DNA of 64,000 bases. Source: Azolla caroliniana. Its lineage: Eukaryota > Plantae > Polypodiophyta. Shown here piece by piece: positions 13,677-25,800 of this stretch; position 1 is the stretch's first letter; each line of letters begins with the position of its first letter. Made by a program: the position numbers and the translations under genes. The DNA is taken from the NCBI GenBank assembly GCA_043228905.1, contig JBHGNT010000009.1, forward strand, positions 18,228,001 through 18,292,000, given 5' to 3'. The notes under the pieces were generated by a model. The model was not told the DNA's origin, searched no databases, and saw only the letters and a list, made by a program, of their open reading frames with translations.

Positions 13677-14313
13677 ATGCCTGTTTCCCTCTTCGGGCGT
13701 GGCAATCGCAGAGCATCGGACGACCCCCTTGATTCTTTCTTCTCTGACTCCCTCTTCCTCCCCTCTTTCCCTACCTCCTCTGCTTGGGCCCTCTCCTCTT
13801 TCCCCGACCATCCCAGCTTTGCTCGTGATGTTGCGGCAGTTGCTAACACGCAGGTCGATTGGAAGGAGACTGACGACGCCCATATCTTTAAGGCTAATCT
13901 ACCTGGTACTCAATTCTTTCCTGTATACTTAATTTGAAAAATTATAATTAGTGCTCTATAATGTTCTGAGGACTGTTCCTCCTTACTATTCTTATAAGAT
14001 AGCAACTTACCTCGGTGTGTAAATCGTTCACAATTTAGGTCTGAGCAAGGAGGAAGTGAAGGTGCAGGTGGAGCAAGGGCGTGTGTTGCAGATTAGTGGA
14101 GAGCGGAAGAAAGAGGAGACAAAGTCTTCAGATAGATGGCATCGAGTGGAGCGCTCCCAGGGGAGCTTTCTCCGGCGCTTCAAGCTACCTGAGAACACTA
14201 AGGTGGAAGAGGTGAAGGCAGCCATGGAGAATGGTGTGCTCACTGTCACCGTGCCGAAAGTGGCACCACCCGAGCCAAAATCCGCTGTCCGCAGCATTGA
14301 CATATCTGGTTAA
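13677..14313 (+). CDS. HSP20: Small heat-shock protein, copy 3; exons 13677-13905 and 14039-14313, 167 aa
   Basis: ACD motifs, GT..AG intron 13906-14038, C-terminal IDI motif. Confidence 0.95.
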
Positions 14314-16299
14314 CATTGATATGAATCACCACTAGGTTTTGTATATGATTTAGTTTCTCAAGACGAAAATAAGAATCATTCAATAGTGGCAGCGCTGCTT
14401 TTATTGTAACAGGATCAAATGCATTCTGAATATATATAGGAATACAGTTATTTCTCTTATTCTTGTGTTAACTCTTTTCCACAAAGTTGGAACATTTTTG
14501 TTGGCGTCCCCACTCTGTACTCTTTTTGTGTATCTGTATAAATATGAGATGCGTATATACGATGTGTAACTTTTCACATTCTGATTCAAGATTACAACCA
14601 GTAACATAAGGTCTAGATTCTATGTTCCTGAGATTAGAGGAAAATTTGCCTCCGCTAGTTAGTGGCTTTGCAGTGGAGATACTGATGATTGTAGCCGGGG
14701 TTTAGCTTTTCCAAGAAAATATTGTCTATTTACTATCACCGTTCTTGGATAATAGGCTATGGGCAATGACAGAAGTTTGGCGTAGAAATGCACCATTGGT
14801 CTTGTCGATTTAAAATTCCATCCTTCTTGGGGAAGGTAAAATCATGGTAGTGAATCTCAGGGAGGTAGATGAAATTCTTCTTAAATTGTTTCCATGTGTG
14901 CTCTAGGTGTCTGATAGCGCTTTGCTCTTCACGTGAAATTCCTGCTTCGGAGAGCATATATGTGATCCTTCGATCAATCAATGTGAGGACGATCATGTTC
15001 GCTTCTTGATTTTGTAGGAAATCTTCTTGTTAGCCATATGTTGGATAGTAAAAAGTGCTCTTAAGCAATCGATAGTAACAAATTTTGATTGATGTTAATT
15101 GAGAATTGTGGACATTTTGCAACTCACTATACTTCATGAATGCAATGCGCCTTGTGCCTGCTATCATGTGCACTCTATTGAGCGTTGTGATTCACCACAT
15201 GGAACTTGTCCAACATGTTTGTTTATGTGTTAACCTGGTGATTAGTTGAACTACAAGTTTCTCCCAAGCAATCCTCGACTCTTAAGTGTAGCAACAACTG
15301 CCCATATCGTGATCATCACCGCCATGATTGAGAGTATTTGACACATTGAGGTTGAGTCACTTGATTGACGGGACTGACCATTCAATTACTAATTTTATTG
15401 TTGCAAGGATTGTAGTTGGTTCTCAAATAATCATCACCGAGTACATGCAACATTTTGAATTGTCAAGGTAGTACGACGACTGCGAAGACCATTAATGTTG
15501 ATTGTAGACCGTTAACATTGATTGTGAATTGATTGATTGACTTGCTTGGGATCCTAACAAACTGACCTACTTAGGTAGGTGGGATCATTCAGATCCCAAA
15601 TAATGGGGAAATATAAAAAATTCCCCATGAAGCTCCTACACCATGTTTAGTAGGACATCCTACATGTATGGACATCCCTCATCATCCATAGGATGTTGTT
15701 CTCCATCGATGAGTCAACCCATGGTAGTTTTGCCTACAACTAATGGACATATCCTTGTTGTGCCCCATCCTAAGTCATGATGCTTTGTTTACCAATAACT
15801 AAATCACTTTAGCAATCATCGTTTTGTAGTGTGAATTGGACATCAAAGGAGAGGGCCGATCGACCAATTTCATTGGGGCCACAACCATCGATGATCAAGG
15901 TGCACTCAACAATAGATAACCACAACAAACCTATCGGTAACTTAGAGGAAGTACGATTCCAACATTTGGTCTAGGTGGCAAATACAAAATATACTCCTTG
16001 GACAAATTGGTCCACGAGTTACAACACATGAAATGGGACTTTCCTTATTACAATAACAGTAATGAAAGTTAGTTATAACGTTTATAGATTAGTGAATAGA
16101 GTGAAGCGCGGACAAACAACCGACATCCACAGAGAAAACTTTGACTCTTTGATTCTGTGTAGACTTTCAAGGCTATGTGATCTAATCAATCAACTATAAA
16201 GTAAATACAAATTAAAAAGAAAAATCTATAATGGTAGAACATCTCCTTGCCAAGGATACGACACAAGTTCGAACAGACTTGCTATTCGTCAATAAAGTC

Positions 16300-16620
16300 A
16301 CTCAAGAGCCTACTTAATATAGATGGAGGAAAGAATGCACCAAATGTTTAATCTTGAGAATCACTAAATTCTTTCTTTTGATAACCTCATTGTATTTTAT
16401 GGGTGACTTGAAAGATTGCAAGAATAAGCCACTTGCTAAAGTTGCCCAGGAATAGTATACTTATCAATTACTAGACTTCTAGTTCTTGAAGTCCAAAATG
16501 GTGGCAACCTCATATTCTACCTCATCAACAATTTTAAAAAGGAGGTGGGGAAGGAATAATGCGATAAAAAATATAACTTTAAGCATAAGGTTCAAAAAGT
16601 GATACATAGAACATCGCATG
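16300..16620 (-). mobile_element. Degenerate Ty3/gypsy (chromovirus-like) integrase/chromodomain remnant
   Basis: ORF 16479-16748(-) contains IVDEVEYEVATILD, resembling the start of a chromodomain. Heavily decayed; boundaries are approximate. Confidence 0.4.
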
Positions 16621-17817
16621 AAGCAAATGAGGAGAGAGATTGAGATGAAACACAACTTCATTGACCTAGTTAGAGACCATTGTAGCTTGTTCTGGGTGTT
16701 CTTGTTGGATACTACTTCTACTCTATTGTTCTTTGCGAGAAGGAACATGTCACCATCTATCCTTTCGAGGGTGAAACGGGTGGATGATTGACACCACCCT
16801 CAAGCTAGTAATGTATAAACTATTTTTATCTAACCTTACTCTACAACCTAACCATATTCACACAGTTAATGATTTCTTGATCAAAGGAGATTTTACGACC
16901 TTCTAAGCACTCAATAGAAGAACAAAAAATGAAAGCTTTAATTAGACCATGCAATGAAATTACAAGATTAGGGTAATTGAAAGGATTAATATCTAGACTA
17001 TAGGTTAATGAAGGTCATTACAAAGAGAACAAATAGCGTAAGGTGGAGCTCTTGGGATTTGAATGAGGAAGAACCATTACAAAAAGTCTATCGATTCATC
17101 TTTCAAGGTTTTATGGGGGAAATTGAACCCATGATCTCAATTTTAAACTTATTAGCTTGAACCAATGGTGTACATGCACGATAATCAAATGGTAACCATG
17201 CATAACATGAACATGCACTATATATACAAAAGAATTTTGTTATCAGATAAAATTGATTCAAATAAAGTCTTTTGGCTATTCCTTATAAATCTTGGCCCTC
17301 TTGTTTTTAACACATTTTCCTTATCCTTTTACTCTCTTTGTTATTCTATCCAGCTTTGGTCTTTGTCTTTGCATAAATTGAATTAAAATCAACTTTTTTT
17401 CTCCTCTTTTCCTAGGGAGCTTCTAGAATCATTCGAAGCCCTGAAAACTTTTACCACTACAAAAAGTATATCAACTGATTCTTGGCTACTTACAAACAAT
17501 TGAGTACTAACACAAAATGTGTCTTGAAAGGGCTTTATGAGGCCATATACATGTAATTGGCTAGCAATATTTATAAATGTGTTTAAGGTAATATATATAC
17601 ATAATGTGAACCAATAAATAGTTGTGTAAGTGATACTTTTGATATACATAACTAGAGTACAATTAATAGAAAATTTTGTATTTTGAGGTAAAGTTTAATG
17701 TCATTTAGAAAATGCAAAATCATCGAGGAGCTTGCTTGGTATGATAGAAGACGAACATTAACTACAAATTAGTTTGACAGTTTAAAACAAAAGCTCGCCT
17801 TAAAGGTCACTTGTAGG

Positions 17818-18366
17818 TAACAATCGGCAATGGTTCGGTTCAGTTTGAGAGGGTCCAAACCGAACCGTTTATTTCTTTTTGAAACCTGAACCTAACCGAA
17901 CCGAACCGCGAAACTGTAAAACCGAACCGTTAAACATTTTTCAAACCATTAAACCATTAAAGTGTAAAAACCGCGGTTTTGTGGTTCGGTTTCGGTTTTC
18001 AACATAGGTTAATTTTTTTATTTTTTATTTTTTATTTTTAAAAATTTATAATATTTCATTATTTAAAATTTTTAAAATTTTTTAGATGTTCCTAAAATGT
18101 AAGAATAAGGTGTAAAAATGAAAAGGTTGTTTAAAAACAATTTTTAAAATTTTTTAGATTTTTTTTTAAAATTTTAAAATTTTAAAATAAAAATTTAACA
18201 AAATGAAAAATAAAAACCATTAAACCGTTTAAACCGCGGTTTTTTACTGTTGAAACCAAACTGAAACCGAACCGTTTAAAAAAACCTAAACTTGAACCGA
18301 ACCGAACCATTGAAACCATTAAACCATGGTTCGGTTCGGTTCAAACCAAACCGTTGCTGATTGTTA
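17818..18366 (+). mobile_element. hAT-type MITE, family 2, copy A
   Basis: TIR TAACAATCGGCAATGGTTCGGTT / AACCAAACCGTTGCTGATTGTTA, perfect 8-bp TSD CTTGTAGG, AACCG subterminal repeats and an AT-rich core. Confidence 0.92.
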
Positions 18367-18487
18367 CTTGTAGGGTCATGGATATCTATAGATTACATCG
18401 TATGACGTACTTTTGTCTAATATATCCATTTAGTTCCTCTACGTAATGTGAAGAATAATATAATTGTAAAAATGATAATTTACTTGT

Positions 18488-18561
18488 GATTTTTATGGCC
18501 TAAATGGATAATGCACTAGGCTTTGAAACTAGAGATTCTAGGCTTGACCCCTAGTATGATC
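18488..18561 (+). pseudogene. tRNA-Arg(ACG)-like degenerate copy
   Basis: TATGGCCTAAATGGATAA..GAAACTAGAGATTCTAGG..CCCTAGTATGATC. Shares its downstream flank (GAGATTGGAAATACAA.GATGA) with the copies at 19132 and 59204. Confidence 0.6.
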
Positions 18562-18834
18562 CTAGCCTACGAGATTGGAAATACAATGATGAAGAATTAT
18601 GGAGTCACCGCACACATTAATTACAAGTGTCTAGAAAGAATAATCATATATCTATTGTTTGGTTGAATGCTCTGATTAATAAGGATGTTCTCCTTCAGAG
18701 AATAGAAATAGATTATTTGACACAAATTGCGCATTATAAGTCTATTCCACAAGCAATGGCATGGGTTGCTTTCTAAGTGAGTAGTAAAGGAAGAATATGC
18801 TAGATGTGGAAAGTATAAATGGTGAAAAGCCATA

Positions 18835-18890
18835 GATCCTATGGCCCAATGGTTAAGGCATGGTCTATAAACCAGAGCTTCTAGGTTCGC
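18835..18890 (+). pseudogene. tRNA-Arg(ACG)-like, 3'-truncated copy
   Basis: GATCCTATGGCCCAATGGTTAAGGCATGGTCTATAAACCAGAGCTTCTAGGTTCG. Confidence 0.6.
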
Positions 18891-19131
18891 ATTATATAGC
18901 AACTAAATGCCATCACATTCTTTCCTCTACTCATTCGTATAACCAAAAAAGAGCATGACGAGCCCAAGCTACAAAGGTGTTGTTAACATGTTCCTAAGCA
19001 GAAACGGTTCCTACGTCGTCGCGATCGATGATTACGTTCCTTCCCCAATGCATGCATGTATTGATTAGACAACATTACTCAATACTTCATCATTCTTGTA
19101 TTTCCAATCTCCCAAACAGGAGAGATTAATT

Positions 19132-19203
19132 GATCCTACTAGGAATTGAACCTAAAATCTTTGGTTTCATAGACCAACACCTTATCCATTAGGCCATAGG
19201 ATC
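19132..19203 (-). pseudogene. tRNA-Arg(ACG)-derived copy with full cloverleaf; anticodon decayed to ATG
   Basis: Acceptor stem GATCCTA/TAGGATC, D-arm GCCT-AATGGATA-AGGT, anticodon stem TTGGT/ACCAA and T-loop TTCAATT. Resembles plant tRNA-Arg(ACG). Confidence 0.7.
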
Positions 19204-19349
19204 TTTGGTTTTTCTTAATAGAAAGCACTTGCATTAGGAATCATGATTGACGTGCGAGAGTGAGATTTGACAAAATCCTTGCACAAGCATGTCGGATAGA
19301 CTTTTAATGAAGAATTTGTGTAAAATAAGGAATGAGTGCACAATCATTT

Positions 19350-19980
19350 CTTTTAATGAGGAATGAGTGCACAACCTACAATGTCATGAAGACTACCATT
19401 AAATAGTCGGAGTTTCGTTGCTTCATTCACATTTAGATCTCCCCTATCTGTCACTATATTCCCCACACATCTATACTCGCAGATGATGTCTTTGAGCAAG
19501 AATTTACATATCATCGTATTGTTTCTCAAAGTTCTTCCTTCCACTTGGTTCATCTAGTCTTCTCTGTTTCATTTGCCCCACTACCATTATGCACATGATA
19601 GAGCATGAAAAAGAAGCAATAGGCTTTGTTTGTTGGATCTCTCAGGTACACGATGATCACAATCCAATACAACATAGCCAATGAAGTTGCTATTGTTAGT
19701 AGGGTTATGTAGAACTTGGACAATGGACCACACACAAACAGGAGCACTGCCAAACACATTTGCTAGCATCTCCTTGGCAAAAACAATCTTGCTCTTACAT
19801 TTGGACATTTGGACTTGGCCAAGTCATCAAAGTCTTATCTCACAGGCTTCACCAATTCTAACTATGTTGAGTGTGTCGACGTTCAACTATATTTTTCAAT
19901 AATGAGGAGCGATTTCTTGGACACCCAAACTCCAAGAATGCATTGTGACGTCTTCATCTGAAGCTTAATACATCGTTGCA
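19350..19980 (-). mobile_element. Degenerate Ty3/gypsy pol (integrase) remnant
   Basis: ORF 19353-19553(-) reads VEGRTLR..CKFLLKDIICEY.CVG.IVTDRGDL, resembling a gypsy integrase core. Boundaries are approximate. Confidence 0.5.
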
Positions 19981-20191
19981 TCTATATCGTGCAGAGAATC
20001 AACCTAGTGTGGACGACTTGCTCTAGCACTTGGACAAGCAAACTTGGATTCGGAAGAGAATCAAACACGATTAGCAATACCAATCAATCTCCATTTAGCA
20101 TGGGATAACCCAACTTAGACGCTCTAGTATCTACCCGACGGGGAGCCCAACATAGTCTGACAATCACCTTACAACACGTTGAAGGCATCAA

Positions 20192-20633
20192 TAACAATCG
20201 GCAATAGTTCGGTTCAAACCGAACCGAACCGCAAACCCGCAGCTTAACGGTTTCAATGGTTTGGTTCGGTTTTAATAGCCAAAAACCGCGGTTTAAACAG
20301 TTTAACGGTTTTTTATTTTTAAATTTAAAAAATTAAAAAATTTGTAAAAAAATCAAAAAATGATTTTTAAACAATCTTTTCATTTTTAGACCTTATTCTC
20401 ACATTTTAGGAACATCTTAAAATTTTTAAAAAATAAAATATTATAAATTAAAAAAAATTGAAAATTAAAAAAAAAAGAAAAAGACCTATGTTGGAAACTG
20501 AAACCAAACCACGAAACCACGGTTTAATGGTGTAATGGTTTCGTGGTTCGGTTCGGTTCAGGTTTAAAAAAATTTAAACAGTTTGGACCCTCTCAAACCA
20601 AACCGCACCGAACCGAACCGTTGCCGATTGTTA
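20192..20633 (-). mobile_element. hAT-type MITE, family 2, copy B (inverted relative to copy A)
   Basis: TIR TAACAATCGGCAA / TTGCCGATTGTTA and 8-bp TSD GGCATCAA/GGCGTCAA. Internal sequence is a reverse-complement homolog of 17818-18366. Confidence 0.92.
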
Positions 20634-20784
20634 GGCGTCAACATTTTTTTATGGCAGGGAGGATGTGGAAAAAAAGTAACACGATCCTCATCCATAGCCC
20701 AACACCCAAAATCATATAACGTGTGAAAAGAGAGCCGAAGTGTTTCTGTTCTCTCTCTCTATCGAAGGCTCAGTCCGAAGACAT

Positions 20785-20885
20785 TTCCAGAATGTTCTAC
20801 ATGCTTCCACAGTTTTCTAGAAACATCCGGATCCTTCCTCCTCTTCCACCTCCTCCTCGCGCACAGAAACACACGCATATAAATT
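20785..20885 (+). promoter_or_regulatory. Heat-shock promoter of sHSP-4
   Basis: Perfect TTCcaGAAtgTTC at 20785-20797, TTCtaGAAacATCcgGATccTTC at 20815-20837, and TATAAA at ~20878. Confidence 0.85.
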
Positions 20886-21073
20886 AAAACACTCTGCGCA
20901 GTTCCAACCCATCTAGATAGAATTCTCAGAAGTCTGCAGTACGTTCTGTAATCTTACCTATACACATTCCTCTCTCATTCAACTGTCTGCGCATTCCCAC
21001 ACTCACAAACTTGTTGTATCTGTTTCGCATAGATCTTTCTTGATTCTTGATTCCATCAATTTCCAAGTGCCAA

Positions 21074-21720
21074 ATGGCTGTTTCCCTCTTCGGACGTGGC
21101 AACCGTAGAGCTTCAGACGATCCCCTTGATTCCTTCTTCTCCGATTCCCTCTTCTTCCCCTCTTTCCCAACCTCCTCTTCCTGGGCCATCTCTTCTTTCC
21201 CTGATCATCCAGGTTTCGCACGTGATGTTGCGGCTGTAGCCAACACGCAGGTGGATTGGAAGGAGACCGCCGATGCGCACATCTTCAAGGCTAACTTACC
21301 TGGTAATTATTTCCTTCCTGGATGCTAGATTTCGGCAAGTTTTTAATTAAGGCAGTTTGCTATTCTTCAGCCTTCGGTCTTCTATTGTCTGAGGCGGTTC
21401 CTAACCCTGCTGTTGTTTGTTGCTGCCGCAATAATCATAATTTAGGGCTGAGCAAGCAGGAAGTGAAGGTGCAAGTAGAGGAAGGGCGTGTTTTGCAAAT
21501 CAGTGGAGAGCGTAAGAAAGAAGAGACAAAGTCTTCAGATAGATGGCACCGGGTCGAGCGCTCCCAGGGGAGTTTCCTCCGACGCTTCAAGCTCCCTGAG
21601 AACACTAAGGTGGAAGAGGTGAAGGCGGCCATGGAGAACGGTGTGCTCACTGTTACTGTTCCCAAGGCTGCACCACCCGAGCCGAAATCTACTGTCCGTT
21701 CTATAGATATATCTGGTTAA
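21074..21720 (+). CDS. HSP20: Small heat-shock protein, copy 4; exons 21074-21302 and 21446-21720, 167 aa
   Basis: ACD motifs, GT..AG intron 21303-21445, C-terminal IDI motif. Confidence 0.95.
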
Positions 21721-21754
21721 GTTTATATGGAAAGCCACCAGCGTTCGTAGATCG

Positions 21755-22250
21755 TGTGGTTGCTCAGAAACAAGTTCAGTCACTTGTGACAGTAATGCTT
21801 ATTTTGCGATATGGTCAAATGCATTCTGAATGTTTTTTTTTGCAACAAGGTCAAACGCATTCTAGTGTATGTAAGTATACATCTAAACAGGATCAGTCTG
21901 TAATGGTGGCACTGCCTATTATGTAACAGGATCAAATGCATTTTGGAAATGTAAAAGTCAGTTTTTGTCTTAATGTTGTCTAGTGTGTTGTGGAATTTAT
22001 CTTAATCTTGTCTGGTGTGCAACATTGATTGGTATCATGTAGTTGCTCAGAATCAAGTTCTATCACTAGTCGCAATAGCTCTTGTTTTTCAACAGGATCT
22101 AATATAAATCTAAAGAGCATCAGCTTATAATGGATTATGTAAATGGAGTAAATGCATATTGCATCTATAAAAAAGTCAGGTTTTTGTCTAAATCTTGTCT
22201 AGTGCATCATGAGAATTCATATTAATCTCTCTGGTGTCAAACATGGATTG
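21755..22250. repeat. Degenerate tandem duplication in the 3' flank of sHSP-4
   Basis: GTTGCTCAGAA.CAAGTTC occurs at ~21759 and ~22042; AAAAGTCAG.TTTTTGTCT.AAT.TTGTCTAGTG occurs at ~21953 and ~22171. Confidence 0.65.
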
Positions 22251-22822
22251 AAAATAATTTCGAATTTTCAAATCCTCCATTGGTCTCTCTTAATTGTCCT
22301 GGAATTGGTGAATATCAAAGCAAACAATGATGTTCCTCCTAAAAATGAATCTCACCGCACAGCTCCTTATTGTGCCTTAGTCTTTGTACTTTTCTCTCTG
22401 TCACTCCATGCTTCCTACCCGCCCATAAATATGAAGGTTGTCTGCATGTCAATTAATCAGATTCCTCGTGATGTAATATGATAATGGAACAATTTGAAGC
22501 CGAAGAAACTGGAAGTTCTCTTGGCTGAGTGCATACTTAGAGAAGCAGGTCTGGTAAGCCTTTGTTTAAATCAGTAGATGGATATTGATGTGGCATGGTG
22601 TACATGTTAAACAACAAGGTGGACTGAATGTTTTCAAGCTCAAGATACAGGAAATTCTCTTTGCTCAGCAGCATACTGAGAGAATCAGCTCCTTACGTGT
22701 GAACTGCTTGAGATGTGAAGATATATTTTTCTGCTCAAGATAGTTGAATTCTTTGACTCTTCCCATGATGTGTGATCTGCATATGCAGTATGCGATGGCT
22801 GCTGATTCTCCGGTTGGAAGCG

Positions 22823-25800
22823 TGTTGAATCTGGAGTAATGGAGGCGGACGAGCTGCTGTTTTCTGGCCTGCACAGAAAATGTCGAACACACACACACAG
22901 AGAAAAACAGCACACAGAAAAAAAAACAGAAAAGAGAAAGACAAAACTTTTTTGGGGGCAAATGAAACCCTCATTTCTATTAGTTTATATACCTATGCGT
23001 AAATAGTAAGAAATTACAGATTTGGCCTTTTCTTACTATCAATCTCCCACTAAAAGGCCAAACTAGGGATCAACAAAGCTGATGGGGAGATTGAACAAGA
23101 CCTACACATCCTACTTGATGAGTATGTTACACAATGTACAAGAAACAATGTGTAACCTCATGACCTAAGTTATCCCCATCAAGTGGCAGCAATGCTCTAG
23201 TGCTTCGTGCGATAGAGCCTTGGTCAACGCATCTGCGGCATTGTCTTGAGAGACAACTTTCTCAAGACTAATATAGCCAGCAGCTATGCATTCTTGAATG
23301 AAGTGATATCTCACTCCAATGTGCTTGGTCTTCGCATGGTATACTGGGTTTTTAGCCAATGCAATGGCACTCTGACTATCACAAAACAATATGGGTACAA
23401 GCTTAGATATGCCCATGTCACAAGCTAATCTGGACAGCCATACGGCTTCCTTACAAGCTTCGCTAGCTGCGACATACTCTGCTTCTGTAGTGGACAGAGC
23501 AGTACATTTTTGGAGACGAGATCTCCAAGATATTGCACCTCCCATAAACTGAAAAATATATCCTGAAGTGGATTTTCTGCTGTCAGAGCAGCCAGCATAA
23601 TCAGAATCTGTGTATCCGATGATGGATACAGTTCCACCACCTAAACATAGACACCTATTCTTAGTGCCACACAGATATCTTAAAATCAGTTTAACTGCCT
23701 CCCAATGTTTATTACCAGGATTGGACATAAATCTGCTCACAGCTCCCACTGCGAAAGCAATGTCTGGTCTGGTCGCTATCATAGCGTACATAAGACTCCC
23801 AACAGCGGATTGATAAGGAACCTTGGACATGAATTTCTTGTCCTCATCGGATGTGGGGCAATCACGTGTGCTCAGATTTACATATGAAGGTAGTGGAGTG
23901 CTTAACGGCTTCGCATTCTCCATATTAAACCTCATGAGCACTTTCGATATGTACTCAGCCTGAGACAAGTAAATACATCGCTTACTCCTATCACGAGTGA
24001 TACGCATACCAAGAATATGTTTTGCATCTCCCAAATCCTTCATGTCAAAATTCTGGCTCAAGTTTTTCTTTAACGAGGATAACTCATCCTTGTTTTTACC
24101 AGCAATAAGCATGTCATCAACATATAATATCAATGTGATAAAACTCCCATCTGAACAGTTTTTCGTATAAAGACATGCATCTTCATTGCTTCTAGTACAT
24201 CCTTGAGTCTTCATAAAGGCATCAAATTTCTGATACCATAACCTCGGGGACTGCTTAAGCCCATACAAACTCTTCTTGAGCTTACATACCAAATGTTCTT
24301 TTCCCAATACTTCATAACCTTCTGGTTGTTCCATATAAATGTCCTCATCAAGGTCCCCATGCAGGAAAGCAGTCTTCACATCCATTTGGACAAGTTCCAA
24401 ATTCTGATTTGCAGCCAATGAAAGCAACATACGTAATGTAGTCATCTTAACTACAGGAGAAAAGGTTTCATCAAAGTCAATTCCATATTCTTGCTTGAAA
24501 CCTTTTGCAACCAAGCGTGCTTTATACTTTGGAGAAGCACTATCAGATGTATACTTATACTTGTATACCCATTTGCATGGCAATGCTTTCCTGTCCTTTG
24601 GCAAAGGTACTAAATCCCAAGTACCATTTTTATAAATGCTGTCCAATTCACTTTGCATGGCCTGTTTCCATTTCACATGGTCATTTACAGATATGGCTTC
24701 ATTGTAACATGAAGGCTCACCGGCATCTGTTAGCATTACATAATCAGCAAACTTACTAGGTGCCTTGGGCACACGCATAGATCTCCTCAATGAATCCTGA
24801 ACCTGAGTGCCATCAGGTTGTGCATGAGAAACCTCATTCTGAGCATCATCATTATGAGCATATTCTTGCTGAAAAGCATCATTTTGCACATCATTGTGCT
24901 GAGCATTATCATTTTGGGCATCTTCATCCTGGTCAATAACAGTTTTTTGTGACTGCGAAGCATCTACATCAATAAGATTTTTCTGTTTTTCATCAACAAA
25001 AGGCGTACTATCTTTAAATGCAACCTTTCTCACTTCTACCTCCTTTACGGACTGTTTATGCATTTTGTTCTCGTCAAAAACAACATCACTACTTCTGACC
25101 ACAGTACGTGTGTCAGGGTCCCATAAGCGATATCCAAACTGTCCATCAATTCCGTAACCAAGAAATATACATTTTCTGCATTTATAGTCTAATTTCTTTC
25201 TTAAAGTTTTTGGAATGTGTACATACGCTTCGCATCCAAAAACTCTAAGATGAGCATAATGAGGTGTCTTGCCAGTCCACACCTCTTGTGCCACTCTTAG
25301 ACCTATGGTTGTGTTCGGTGATAGGTTAATCACATGGACTGCTGTTAAAACAGCTTCTGCCCAAAAGCCTTGCGAGAGGTTTGCATGGTGTAGCATGGAG
25401 ACAACTCTGTCCTGGATGGTTCTATTCATCCTCTCAGCCACACCATTTTGGACAGGGGTGTAAGGAGCTGTAAACTCTCTCCGAATACCTCTAGACTTAC
25501 AAAAGTCAACAAATTCGTGAGAGGTATACTCACCTCCATTGTCCGAACGTAAAGCCTTAAGCTTTATGTCCTTTTCTAGCTCAACCGAACTAAGCCATTT
25601 TCTGAAAGTGGGGTATACATCATCCTTTCCCTTAATTGGATAAGCCCAAACTTTCCTAGTGGCATCATCAATGAATGTAACAAAATATAGGGCACCACCC
25701 AAAGATCTTGTGGGCATAGGTCCACAAACATCCGTGTGGACAAGATCCAATGGTTTAGTGGATGAGTTTACACTAGTCTTATGTGCACTTCTAGTTTGCT

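Noticed and set aside
19132-19203. Functional tRNA with anticodon ATG
   Set aside because: Better explained as CpG decay of ACG in a multicopy degenerate tRNA-Arg-derived repeat.
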